A stretch of 64,000 bases of DNA from Vicinamibacterales bacterium (lineage in GTDB: Bacteria; Acidobacteriota; Vicinamibacteria; Vicinamibacterales; UBA8438): NCBI GenBank assembly GCA_965249105.1, contig OZ252219.1, forward strand, positions 2,455,108-2,519,107, in the 5' to 3' direction. The position numbers were made by a program, and so were the translations under genes. How positions within the stretch are numbered: the stretch's first letter is position 1; every line of letters begins with the position of its first letter. This document shows positions 1 to 9,392 of this stretch, piece after piece. The notes under the pieces were generated by a model that was given only the letters and a program-made list of their open reading frames with translations, ran no database searches and was not told where the DNA came from.

Positions 1-458
1 ATCGCGGTGGAGTCTCGCGAGAGATGACCGACCAATCGGTCGTGATGCGTCTTCTGGATGACCGTCTCGTGCACGCGCAGAGGCAACTGCGTGGTCGCAA
101 ACTCGTCGAAGGCGTGTGAGAACAAGGATTCGCTCGGGACCTGGCGCCTAGTCTCCCAGCCGCAGATCCGGCGCAAGGGTCGATCGGTGGCCAGCCGATC
201 GAGCAGCCTGCGTGTCGTCGGCAGGTCGTAGACGGCCTTGGCGACAAACGCGCGGGCGACGGCCGCGCGATCCTTGCGAGGTCGGCCGGGCATGCGGACG
301 CGTCGGGGAATGTGGTCCTCGACCCGGATGACCTCCAAGGTCTGCACGAACTGCTGCTGTTTCTCCGTGAGTGGTCCCAGCTCTTCCTCCAGCCATGGAA
401 AGAGTGCGGTCTGAATGGACAGCCAGTGTGGTGCGAAGCACTCTCGGAGACGGCTCAT
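1..458 (-). CDS. DDE transposase, IS5/IS1182-like, N-terminal part (runs off the window start)
   Basis: Not in the supplied ORF track. Hand translation from ATG at 458 gives MSRLRECFAPHWLSIQTALFPWLEEELGPL...GRPRKDRAAVARAFVAKAVYDLPTTRRLLDRL...LRRICGW...PSESLFSHAF...HLSRDSTA. This matches the DUF772-type N-terminus, and the first DDE Asp lies in RDSTA. Confidence 0.8.
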   Translation of the reverse strand, partial: MSRLRECFAPHWLSIQTALFPWLEEELGPLTEKQQQFVQTLEVIRVEDHIPRRVRMPGRPRKDRAAVARAFVAKAVYDLPTTRRLLDRLATDRPLRRICGWETRRQVPSESLFSHAFDEFATTQLPLRVHETVIQKTHHDRLVGHLSRDSTA

Positions 459-481
459 TTTCTTCTTGACTCCTGGGGCCA

Positions 482-509
482 GGTCTAGCAGTATAACAAC
501 TGCTAGACC
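482..509. promoter_or_regulatory. 11-bp perfect inverted repeat between the divergent transposase and DUF6788 starts
   Basis: GGTCTAGCAGT-ATAACA-ACTGCTAGACC. It overlaps a TATAAC -10-like hexamer (492-497), with TTGACT at 466-471. Confidence 0.6.
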
Positions 510-521
510 GAATGGCACGAC

Positions 522-869
522 ATGCCCACCCGTGACCCAACAACCGACACGCAGCGCTACGACGCGCTCAAGCGCACCGTCGCTGAGGTGGGATTGCTTC
601 GACGTGGCAGCCTCGTGCAACGTTTCATGCCGTGCGGCAAGCCGAACTGCCGCTGCCAAGCGACGCCCCCGCAGCTACACGGGCCGTACTATCAGTGGAC
701 CCGCAAGGTCCGCGGCAAGACCGTCACCGTCCGTCTCACCGAGCAGCAAGCCGAGCGTGTCCGGGACTGGATCGAGAACGGCCGACAGCTAGACCGAATC
801 GTTGTGGAAATGGAGACGTTGTCGCTGCGGATGACTGAGCGCCTGCTTCGTCAGCTCACGCCTGTGTGA
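522..869 (+). CDS. DUF6788-like protein (transposon-associated, CxxxxCxC...HGPY motif)
   Basis: RRGSL...CGKPNCRC...HGPYYQWTRKVRGKTVT is the characteristic pattern; 115 aa. Confidence 0.8.
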   Translation: MPTRDPTTDTQRYDALKRTVAEVGLLRRGSLVQRFMPCGKPNCRCQATPPQLHGPYYQWTRKVRGKTVTVRLTEQQAERVRDWIENGRQLDRIVVEMETLSLRMTERLLRQLTPV

Positions 870-1007
870 TGTGGCCCGCACCGTGCGCAAGCCGCCAAAA
901 CACTTCTCTACGCGCAGGGTTTTGCAAGTGCCTCGGTTGGTCAAATTAGACTGCCCTCCAAGGTTGTGTGGTCACACGCTGGCCGATTGTATACCTGGGG
1001 TGCGGGG

Positions 1008-2954
1008 CTAGGGGGGATCGGTGATCCAGAACGGGCGATGGAGTTCCACCACTTCGCCGGAGTTATAGACCACACGCGCGCGTGCGACATACCGGCCTGG
1101 CGGAAGGTCACCGACCGGGACGTTGGCGGAGACGACACTACGACGCGCCTCCTCTACACCGTCAAACGTGACGGTCGTCCGGGTGCGGGCCGGGCCTTTC
1201 GCCGTGTCGGCGACGCCGATGTGGACCGTCGTATGCTCCCAGACCGCCGGGGAGTCCGCATACAGCTCCGTGTACACCACGAGACGATCGCCCGTCACGC
1301 GCGCTTCGACCGGTGCCTGCACCCCACCTGGCTGCGACGAGGACTGATCGGCCACCACGAGGTCGCCCGCCGCGAGCGGCCCACTCGATGTCACCTGGGC
1401 GTGGACCGGATGCTCGACACTGCCTCGCTGACCGGTGGCATCGACGACAGCCACGCGCAGGGAATACGTGCCTGGCGAGATAGTCAGCGGAAACGACGCT
1501 TCGAGGACCGGTCCGTCTGCGGTGTGGACCGGCGTGGCGGTGAGCTGTTGCTGCCGGGTCAACACCGCCCTCCCCTCCGCATCGCGCAACACGATCCCCA
1601 CGGTCAGGGGCGAGGGGACATCGCCCGGGGCGTCGACCTCCGCGGCCACCTGGATCCGCATCTGCTCACGCTCCGTGCCCTGATACGCGTAAGTCGCGAC
1701 CCGGAGCGGAAGCTCCTGGATCGAGATGGGTGACCGCAACATGCGGGCGAGGCGCTCGTCGACGGTCTGGGCGGAGACCTCGGCGACATCGCCGATCTCA
1801 CGCCGGGCCCGCACCTGAACGCCTCTGCGGTCGACCGACACGTTGATCCTGCGGCGCTCCTCGTCTCGGTCCGACGGGCGCGACTCGACGCCAAGCAGGT
1901 AGTAGCCCGACAGCTCCCTCCCCACTTGCTCGAACAACGGGCCAGGGTTGTAACGGGTGCGAATGAGGCGACCGCGCGTCATTGACGAAAGAGCCATGAG
2001 GCCTTGCACCTTCATGCGCTCGTCGTCACGGGTCGTCGGGCTCCACGACGCCCGGCTCATGTCGATGAGCGGTGCGGCGACCATCATCGCGTACAGCGTC
2101 GTGCGGGAGGCGGCCGCCAACCTCTCGATCTCCTTCAAGTTCAAGGCGTCTTCGATCACAAAACCGCCTGCGATCCAGACCAAGGCGTTGGGTCGCTCCA
2201 GTTCGCGCAAGGCGGCCAGGAGCGACTCGAGACCGAGGCGCGCGTTCCTCGTGTGGAACCGCTGCACCCCTACAATCTGGCGGCTCTCGCCCCTTACCTG
2301 CTGCGGGCATCCGACCATGCCGCCGACGCATTCGCGCGCGACCACCCTGGCAAAGGTCCGCTGATCGCCGTACACGATGATCTGGTACGCCTCCCCGACG
2401 CCGATGTCGAAGAGGCCCTGCCGATGTGTGCCCAGCCCCGACATGCTCTCGACCGCGCGGCGGACGCGATCGTGGTCTGACGTGAAATCGATATGGACGC
2501 CGTGCGGGATCACCGCGAGGCCGACCCGGTCGGCCGGGTTCAGACTATCGACGAACTCGCCGGCGGCGAGCATCACCTGCCGCCCTTCTCCAAACAGGAG
2601 GCTCTCCTCATCGACCGCGATTAGGATCAGCCGGCCAGGCGTCTGGTCGGCGTTGGACGAGAAGAAGATCTCCTCCGGGGCAGGCGGGAACGCCATCTCG
2701 TCATCCTTCGGCGGACGCAGCGAAACGAACTGCGCCTGGACGATACGGCGGGGCTCTCCGTCGACGGTGACCGAAAAGTCGGAGGCCTGTAGGTCTGTGA
2801 CCGGATTGCTGTCGCCATCGACGACGGTGACATCGACCTCGATGAGGTCGACACCGGCTCGAAATAGCGGCCGCTGCTGCGGCGTCTGCGCGGAGAGCAC
2901 CGCGGTCACGGCGATCACGAACAGGCCAAGCCCGGTCAGCCGTTGTCCACGCAT
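1008..2954 (-). CDS. VWA domain-containing protein (acidobacterial VWFA-related type) with C-terminal Ig-like modules
   Basis: Signal peptide followed by FRAGVDLIEVDVTVVD. Also LILIAVD, ...ELSGYYLLG. Start moved to ATG 2954. Confidence 0.85.
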   Translation of the reverse strand: MRGQRLTGLGLFVIAVTAVLSAQTPQQRPLFRAGVDLIEVDVTVVDGDSNPVTDLQASDFSVTVDGEPRRIVQAQFVSLRPPKDDEMAFPPAPEEIFFSSNADQTPGRLILIAVDEESLLFGEGRQVMLAAGEFVDSLNPADRVGLAVIPHGVHIDFTSDHDRVRRAVESMSGLGTHRQGLFDIGVGEAYQIIVYGDQRTFARVVARECVGGMVGCPQQVRGESRQIVGVQRFHTRNARLGLESLLAALRELERPNALVWIAGGFVIEDALNLKEIERLAAASRTTLYAMMVAAPLIDMSRASWSPTTRDDERMKVQGLMALSSMTRGRLIRTRYNPGPLFEQVGRELSGYYLLGVESRPSDRDEERRRINVSVDRRGVQVRARREIGDVAEVSAQTVDERLARMLRSPISIQELPLRVATYAYQGTEREQMRIQVAAEVDAPGDVPSPLTVGIVLRDAEGRAVLTRQQQLTATPVHTADGPVLEASFPLTISPGTYSLRVAVVDATGQRGSVEHPVHAQVTSSGPLAAGDLVVADQSSSQPGGVQAPVEARVTGDRLVVYTELYADSPAVWEHTTVHIGVADTAKGPARTRTTVTFDGVEEARRSVVSANVPVGDLPPGRYVARARVVYNSGEVVELHRPFWITDPP

Positions 2955-2961
2955 GCGGGGG

Positions 2962-5655
2962 TCAGGGGATGGGCACACGTTCCAGCAGCTCTTGATCCCA
3001 GTTGAGGACGACGTTGATCTGGGGCGACAGGGATTCACTGCTGTCAGTTTGATCTGCCGGAAAAACCATGACAAACCGCTCGCCGTCGGGCGTCATGTCG
3101 TAGTCCCGGTAAAAGGGCACCGTGATGAAGCCTTCGATTGGCAGCGTCTGCTCGTTGCGGAACGCAAAGTCCGGTTCCGCGACGACATCGACTGACCGCA
3201 GTGTCCCTTGGGTGCGGGTGGCAATAGAAATAGGTCTATAGAACAATCGGTCGCCGTCGGGTGACCAGAGGGGCCAATAGGCCCCGTTCTGCGAAATCCG
3301 GTGTGGCCTCGATCCGGTCGGCGGGAAGGGCTCGACGTAGATGTCAATATCTAAGCCGGTCGTCCCCCTACCGTAGGCCAGCCACTGACCATTCGCCGAC
3401 AGTTCCGCGCCCCAGTAGACCGTGTCGGGCGTGTCATAGAGGCTTTGCGTCTCGAGCGTCGCACTCGACAGCGTCCAGATATCCCAATCACTCACGCGGT
3501 TTCTTTCTACGTTGAACAGAAGCGTCTGACCGTCCGGTGCCCACGACCCTGGCCAATGGGCCGTGCCTTCATCGGCGGTCGTCAGACGCTCCGCCGCGCC
3601 ACTGCCATCGGCTGGCATCGAGTAGAGGCTCATCGTTCCCTCCCGATCAGAGGAGAACGTGATGCGTTGGCTGTCGGGCGTCCAGATAGGACGTTGATTG
3701 TCACCTTCGAACGTGAGCTGTTGGATCTGTGCGTCGCCCGCAAGGTCGTAGAGCCAGAGGACACCGCCGTCATCTTCCGCTGTTTGCACGACCAGCTTCC
3801 TGCCGTCGGGTGAAAGACGCGGCGTCAGATACTGGGCGGGAGGCACAGCGAGGGTTTCGACCGCGCCGTCACGACCCACCAGGGCAAGAGTCCGGTCGCT
3901 GGTCACGGAACGGTCAACGACATACGCCAGCGATCCGTTGTCGGAGTGAGTGGACTGGGCGCGCCCTCCCGCGTCCATTTGGAGCTGGTGGATCCTTTCG
4001 ACGAGCGGCACGGGTCCGGGCGCGAGGGTTCGTTGCTCGATGTCGAACGGCTGAGCGAGCAACGTGCCCTCCCGCACGTACACCAAGTGGCCGGTCGGCA
4101 GATACTCCGCTTCGCTGCCTCCGCTTTCAATGAGCACCAGCCGGTCATCTGTGGCCAACGATTGGATCACGACGCGACCGGGAAACACGGTGAACAGGAC
4201 CCATTCGCCGCCGGGAAGGAGCTGTGGACTTCCGAGCCCGCCTTCGGACCCTTCCTGCGGGATGATGAGCTGCGGCGTGCCACCGCTTGCTGGCACCCGC
4301 CACACTCCGGAAGTGCTGCCAAAGAGGATCGCGTCATCCGGCCCCCAACTCACGCCGAAGGGTTCGACACTCTCGCCGAGTGTGGCCGGTAGACCGCCTG
4401 CCAGGGCGACCTTCTTAAGTTGGCCGGCAGCCCAGAAGCCAACCGTTCGACCGTCTGGCGAGAAGAAGGGTTCGACCGCGCCGTCCGTCCCCCGAATAGG
4501 AATCGCCTCCATCTGGTCCATGTCCCGGAGATAGAGCTGGTCGTTCGCGGCATAGACCAGGTGGGTGCCGTCGGGCGAGAGGGTGATGAGGGAATGCGGG
4601 CCACCGACAAAGTCTGACGGGAGCGCGATGGGGAAGCGCGTGACGGCACCCGGGGCAGCGGGAGCCGACCGCGTCACCGCCCACACGGCGAGGCCGCCGA
4701 TCACGATCAAGACCAGAGCCGAGATGACGGCCGGAACGGGTCGCTGCCAGACGTGAAGGTGAGGAGCAACGTTCGGTTCGGCTGCGCCGACCGTCGTCTC
4801 GAACGCGCCCTCCATGGCCAGCCGCACGTCGTGGATGTCACCCAGGCGCTGCTTCGGGTCCTTTTCAAGGCAACGGTGTAGGAATATCGACAGGGACGGC
4901 GACACGGCCGACGGCAAGTGACTCCAGTCTGGTTCTCGCTGGAGGACGCTCGACAGCGTCATCGACACGTCTTCGCCCTCGAAGACCTTCCGTCCGGTGA
5001 GCATTTCCAAAAGCACGACGCCGAACGCCCAGATATCCGCTCGCTTGTCGACGGTCTTCCCACGTGCTTGCTCCGGCGACATATACGCCGCCGTCCCCAA
5101 GATCGCGCCCATCTGGGTGGCGGCTGCTGTCAGCGTGGGCGATTGAGACGGATCATTATCCGGTCTCGTATCAAGAGCTTTGGCAAGTCCGAAGTCCAGG
5201 ACTTTGACCGTACCGTCGTCGCGCACCTTGATATTGGCCGGCTTCAGATCGCGATGGATCACACCGGCTTCGTGTGCGGCTTCCAAGGCCTCGGCGATCT
5301 GTTTCGCGACCGGCAGCGCCTCGTCGATGGGAATCGGCCCCTGCTTGATTCGATCAGCCAGCGTTGGCCCTTCGACCAGTTCAAGAACCAAGGCGCGGGT
5401 GCCCTCAGCTTCATCTTCTTCAATGCCGTAGATGGCCGCGATGCCAGAGTGGTTGAGGCTGGCAAGAACTTGCGCCTCTCGTTGGAACCGTGCCAGTCGA
5501 TCAGGATCAGTGGCAAACGCCTCGGGCAGGGTCTTCAGCGCCACCTGCCGGTTGAGCTTGGTGTCGGTGGCCTGATAGACCTGCCCCATGCCGCCCTCGC
5601 CGATAAGGGCGGTCACGTCGTAGTGAGCGAGGCGGGAGCCGACGTTCAGAGACAT
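2962..5655 (-). CDS. Hanks-type Ser/Thr protein kinase with a TM segment and C-terminal PD40/TolB-like beta-propeller
   Basis: IGEGGMGQVY, VALK, HRDLKPAN, DFG, YMSPE. Repeated xSPDG propeller motifs. Start at ATG 5655 (MSLNVGSRLAHY). Confidence 0.92.
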   Translation of the reverse strand: MSLNVGSRLAHYDVTALIGEGGMGQVYQATDTKLNRQVALKTLPEAFATDPDRLARFQREAQVLASLNHSGIAAIYGIEEDEAEGTRALVLELVEGPTLADRIKQGPIPIDEALPVAKQIAEALEAAHEAGVIHRDLKPANIKVRDDGTVKVLDFGLAKALDTRPDNDPSQSPTLTAAATQMGAILGTAAYMSPEQARGKTVDKRADIWAFGVVLLEMLTGRKVFEGEDVSMTLSSVLQREPDWSHLPSAVSPSLSIFLHRCLEKDPKQRLGDIHDVRLAMEGAFETTVGAAEPNVAPHLHVWQRPVPAVISALVLIVIGGLAVWAVTRSAPAAPGAVTRFPIALPSDFVGGPHSLITLSPDGTHLVYAANDQLYLRDMDQMEAIPIRGTDGAVEPFFSPDGRTVGFWAAGQLKKVALAGGLPATLGESVEPFGVSWGPDDAILFGSTSGVWRVPASGGTPQLIIPQEGSEGGLGSPQLLPGGEWVLFTVFPGRVVIQSLATDDRLVLIESGGSEAEYLPTGHLVYVREGTLLAQPFDIEQRTLAPGPVPLVERIHQLQMDAGGRAQSTHSDNGSLAYVVDRSVTSDRTLALVGRDGAVETLAVPPAQYLTPRLSPDGRKLVVQTAEDDGGVLWLYDLAGDAQIQQLTFEGDNQRPIWTPDSQRITFSSDREGTMSLYSMPADGSGAAERLTTADEGTAHWPGSWAPDGQTLLFNVERNRVSDWDIWTLSSATLETQSLYDTPDTVYWGAELSANGQWLAYGRGTTGLDIDIYVEPFPPTGSRPHRISQNGAYWPLWSPDGDRLFYRPISIATRTQGTLRSVDVVAEPDFAFRNEQTLPIEGFITVPFYRDYDMTPDGERFVMVFPADQTDSSESLSPQINVVLNWDQELLERVPIP

Positions 5656-5743
5656 AAGCCTCCCTATTCTGCCCTCAATTCGGTCGCCGGATCCACGGTG
5701 ACCACGGGGGAGACGACGCCCCAAGGGCTGTAGACTCGCCCCG

Positions 5744-7303
5744 ATGAGCGACACCACGCCGGGAACGTTGCAATCGATCTGGCGGGCAATGAGATCGTGG
5801 CGCACCGGGTCGGTGGTGCTGCTGTCGTTCTCGTCGGGACTGCCGCTCGGGCTGGTGTGGATCGCGATTCCGGACTGGATGCGCGACATCGGCGTCGACA
5901 TCCGGTGGGTTGGGCTGTTCACGCTCGCGCAGGCACCCTGGACGTTGAAGTTCATGTGGTCGCCGCTCATGGATCGCTACGTGCCGCCGCTGTGGGGACG
6001 CCGTCGAGGCTGGGCGGCCCTCACGCAGGTGCTGCTGTGCGTCCTGACGCTGTCCTTGTCCGGTGTCGGGAACGACCCCGAGGCGATCTGGGTCGTGTTC
6101 GCGCTGAGTCTGGCCATCGCACTGGCCGCGGCCTCGCAGGATATCGTCATCGACGCGTACGCCGTGGACGTCCTGCGACCCGAGGAGCATGGAGTGGCGG
6201 TGGGAGCACGGACCGCGCTCTACCGCGCGGCGATGACGCTGAGCGGAGGTGTCAGCATTTATCTCGCGACCCTTGTCTCGTGGCGTTGGGTGACGGTAGC
6301 TCTGGCCCTTTGTTACCTGCCGATGCTGCTGGTGAGCCGCAACGCGCCCGAGCCGGAGTCTGCCACGACCCCGCCCACGCGCCTGCGTGAGGCGGTGTGG
6401 CTTCCGTTCCTCGAAGCGCTGTCGCGACATCGCGCGCTCGAGATCCTGGCGTTCGTCGTGTTCTACAAGTTGGCCGACAACCTGTCGCAATCGTTGCTGC
6501 GGCCGTTCTTGAACGACATGGGGTACGACGCGTTCGACCGCGGTCTGGTGTTGGGGACGGCCGGAGTCCTCATCACGCTCATCGGCACGTTTCTGGGGGG
6601 TCTGGCATGTAGCTGGATCGGGCTCGGGCACTCTCTCTGGGTCTTCGGTGCACTACAGATCCTGTCGAACGTGGGCTACGTGCTGATCACGCACCTTCCG
6701 GGGAATCGCCCGCTGTACTATGGCGCGATATCGTTCGAGGTGATGACGACGGGCCTCGGGATGGGAGCGTTCGGGGTCCTCCTGCTGCGCATGACGCGGA
6801 AGCGATTTTCGGCAACGCAGTACGCGTTGTTCTCGAGCCTGTTCGGCCTGCCGCGCATCCTGGCGGGTCCCGTCACCGGTGTCGTAGTGGATGCCGTCGG
6901 CTGGCGGCCATTCTTTTACATGACCATGGCCGCCGGCATCCCGGGCTTGATCCTGTTGCAGCGATTCTCGCCGCTCGGCGTGCGCGAGCCAGAGCTGCTG
7001 AACGAGGAGCCCGCACGTGACGCCAAACGGTTGCCCACGCGGCAACTTGCTGTGCGGGGTGTAGTGGGCGGTGTCGTCGGCGGCACTGTGTTCGTACTGT
7101 TGGCCGCGTGCCTCGGGGCGCTGAAGGCGATGCGAACGGGCGATATCAACGCGTTCGCGTTGGGACCGATGCTCGCCGGTGTCCTGGGGCCGCACGACGC
7201 CGACGGCGTCGTGAGACTACTGATCGTGCTGGCGCTCGCCGTCGTGAGCGGGCTGGCCACGGCGGCCCTGAGTGCGGCACGGCACGGGGGCCAGAGAGGC
7301 TAG
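5744..7303 (+). CDS. ampG: AmpG-family MFS muropeptide transporter
   Basis: SFSSGLPL, LKFMWSPLMD, ASQDIVIDAY, SATQYALFSSL; many TM helices. Confidence 0.85.
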   Translation: MSDTTPGTLQSIWRAMRSWRTGSVVLLSFSSGLPLGLVWIAIPDWMRDIGVDIRWVGLFTLAQAPWTLKFMWSPLMDRYVPPLWGRRRGWAALTQVLLCVLTLSLSGVGNDPEAIWVVFALSLAIALAAASQDIVIDAYAVDVLRPEEHGVAVGARTALYRAAMTLSGGVSIYLATLVSWRWVTVALALCYLPMLLVSRNAPEPESATTPPTRLREAVWLPFLEALSRHRALEILAFVVFYKLADNLSQSLLRPFLNDMGYDAFDRGLVLGTAGVLITLIGTFLGGLACSWIGLGHSLWVFGALQILSNVGYVLITHLPGNRPLYYGAISFEVMTTGLGMGAFGVLLLRMTRKRFSATQYALFSSLFGLPRILAGPVTGVVVDAVGWRPFFYMTMAAGIPGLILLQRFSPLGVREPELLNEEPARDAKRLPTRQLAVRGVVGGVVGGTVFVLLAACLGALKAMRTGDINAFALGPMLAGVLGPHDADGVVRLLIVLALAVVSGLATAALSAARHGGQRG

Positions 7304-7977
7304 TGCCACTTCCTCGTCACGTGGCCATCATCGGCGCCGCGGGCGGTCTCGGCCAGGGCATTCTCAGCGTGTGCCGAGCGGAGAACATAGCGTTTACCGC
7401 CATTGTCCGCTCGCGGCCGGAGCGCATCACAGACGTGCCAGATGGCTCTCGCGTCGTCGTTGTCACCTCTCTCGCCGACCGCGCTGCCCTCACTGAGGCG
7501 TTTTCAGGGACAGACGCTGTGCTCACGGCCATGGGGGTGACGCGGTCGAGCCGCGACCGATCAGCCCTGCTCTCTGCCAACTTGGCCAGCGTCGAGGCTT
7601 CAATGACGGCTGCCGGCGTCGACCGCATAGTGGTCATCAACACGTTTCTCACCTCACCGCCAGGCAAGGCTGCGAGCCGGGCGGTGCGCTTCCTTTCGCG
7701 GGTGCCCGGGAACATTGGCCGCATGGAGAAGGAGCTGCAAGCCGTGGTTGATGCCCTTGCCAGCGGGGCGTTCCCCTCGCTTCGCTGGACACTCGTCCGG
7801 GCATCGGTCAACTATTTCGGCAAGGACGAGCGGCCGGTGGCGTCGGCAGCTCATGACAGCGCTCTCAACTCCTGGTGGGCCGTTTCATATCAAGCCATGG
7901 GTCGGTGGATGCTGGAGGAAGCTGCGGCCAATGAGTTTGTCCTCGCAGCACCCGTCGTGACGCGGCGCCGCAAGTGA
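7303..7977 (+). CDS. NAD(P)H-binding oxidoreductase (atypical SDR / flavin reductase-like)
   Basis: VAIIGAAGGLG Rossmann motif. GTG start overlaps the ampG stop by 1 nt. Confidence 0.75.
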   Translation: MPLPRHVAIIGAAGGLGQGILSVCRAENIAFTAIVRSRPERITDVPDGSRVVVVTSLADRAALTEAFSGTDAVLTAMGVTRSSRDRSALLSANLASVEASMTAAGVDRIVVINTFLTSPPGKAASRAVRFLSRVPGNIGRMEKELQAVVDALASGAFPSLRWTLVRASVNYFGKDERPVASAAHDSALNSWWAVSYQAMGRWMLEEAAANEFVLAAPVVTRRRK

Positions 7978-7986
7978 TTCAAGGAC

Positions 7987-8151
7987 CTAGTGCAGTGGTT
8001 CAGAAATACCTCGGCATTCGGCCACCGATGCATCCCTTCTGCCTGCGTTGCTCCTCTGTCACAGATTCCCGATTTGCTCCTTCGTCGCGCCTGGCCAGAA
8101 GGGTGCTTCGGCGCCCTCGGTGCACGAGGTATTTCTGAACCACTGCACTAG
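7987..8151. mobile_element. MITE copy 1 (IS630-type ends, CTAG/TA target)
   Basis: Perfect 27-bp terminal inverted repeats CTAGTGCAGTGGTTCAGAAATACCTCG at 7987-8013 and 8125-8151. A second copy lies in opposite orientation at 21055-21219. Confidence 0.9.
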
Positions 8152-8174
8152 CACCGGGCTCTACATCCACAGCA

Positions 8175-8504
8175 TCAAGAGCTCGATCGGTCCTGAGCTG
8201 GCTCGTCGAGTACCCATCGCCTGAGCCAGGCAGGAAGCGCGGCACTCGGCCTATAGAGGGCAACCCCCCGGCGCCGTATCATTTTCACGGTGACCACAAC
8301 GGAACTTGCCGCCACGGGTACCACGATCATCATGGTCCCGACAAACCTCCAGAACGCCGACTCGGTGGCGACAAGCGCAACCAAGGCCACGAAGAAGGTG
8401 CCCGTCACGATGAGCCGTTTGGGAGAGACTTGCACTGTCCATCCAGCCGTGAGCGACCGCGTCATCCGTCGAAGACGAGCCCCGAATGTTCTTGACTGAG
8501 TCAC
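8175..8504 (-). CDS. Small hypothetical membrane protein
   Basis: 109-aa ORF with two hydrophobic segments; no recognisable family. Confidence 0.45.
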   Translation of the reverse strand: MTQSRTFGARLRRMTRSLTAGWTVQVSPKRLIVTGTFFVALVALVATESAFWRFVGTMMIVVPVAASSVVVTVKMIRRRGVALYRPSAALPAWLRRWVLDEPAQDRSSS

Positions 8505-8600
8505 GCTGACACCGATTGTGGATTAGATCAGCATGCGCAAGCAACCGCGAGGGCGGGCAATGAAGACACCCTTTGTATTCTGAGGAAAGGAGAGCATGCG

Positions 8601-9308
8601 ATGCAGCCTACTCACCCAGTCGTCTCAAGAGGTACCTGGCTCAAAGCGCGCCTTGAACTGCTCAAGAAGGAAAAGGCTCACTCCCGCGCGCGTGACGAAC
8701 TGACCCGTGCTCGCCAGGCTTTGCCGTGGGTGAGGCTGGAAAAGGCATACTCCTTCGAGGGACCCGATGGGAGCGTGACGCTGGGCGAGCTCTTTGAGGA
8801 CAAGGACCAGCTCATCGTCCAGCACTTCATGTTCGACCCGGATTGGGATCAAGGCTGCAAGTCGTGCTCGTTCATGGCCGACCATCTGGACCGCTCCGTC
8901 GTTCATATTGCCCATCGCGACACAGCCTATGCCGTCATCTCGAGCGCGCCCATAGCCAAGCTGGAAGCGTTCGAGAAACGTATGGGCTGGACGTTCAAGT
9001 GGCTATCCTCGGGCAACTCCGACTTCAACCGAGACTTCCATGTTTCGTTCACGGCGAAAGAACTGAAGAACAGCGAGGCGTACTACAACTTCCGCGAACA
9101 TTCGAGCTTTCCCGACAAAGAGGCTCCGGGCGTCAGCGCATTCGCAAAGGATGATGCTGGCGCTCTCTATCACACGTATTCCGTGTACGGAAGGGGCCTC
9201 GAGATCTTCATGGGCGCCTACCACTTGCTGGACATCGTCCCCAAGGGCCGTGACGAAGGCGAGCTTTCGTACACAATGGAGTGGCTGCGACTAAAGGACG
9301 CGTACTAG
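8601..9308 (+). CDS. DUF899 family thioredoxin-like protein
   Basis: WLKARLELLKKEK, LFEDKDQLIVQHFMF, GCKSCSF, YHTYSVYGRG, PKGRDE. AAGGAG RBS upstream. Confidence 0.9.
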   Translation: MQPTHPVVSRGTWLKARLELLKKEKAHSRARDELTRARQALPWVRLEKAYSFEGPDGSVTLGELFEDKDQLIVQHFMFDPDWDQGCKSCSFMADHLDRSVVHIAHRDTAYAVISSAPIAKLEAFEKRMGWTFKWLSSGNSDFNRDFHVSFTAKELKNSEAYYNFREHSSFPDKEAPGVSAFAKDDAGALYHTYSVYGRGLEIFMGAYHLLDIVPKGRDEGELSYTMEWLRLKDAY

Positions 9309-9392
9309 GGAGACCTCCCTCACCGCTCTTTCTTGCTCGAGAGCCAAGACCTGGGTTGCCGTAGGTGGCCACGATCACGCAGTATCCGCGGC

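Larger units (their letters stand above)
1..934 (-). mobile_element. Probable insertion sequence carrying the transposase and the DUF6788 gene; left end tentatively at 934
   Basis: The reverse complement of 919-934 is GAGGCACTTGCAAAAC, which resembles IS5/IS1182-type terminal repeats. The other end is outside the window, so the boundary cannot be confirmed. Confidence 0.45.
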
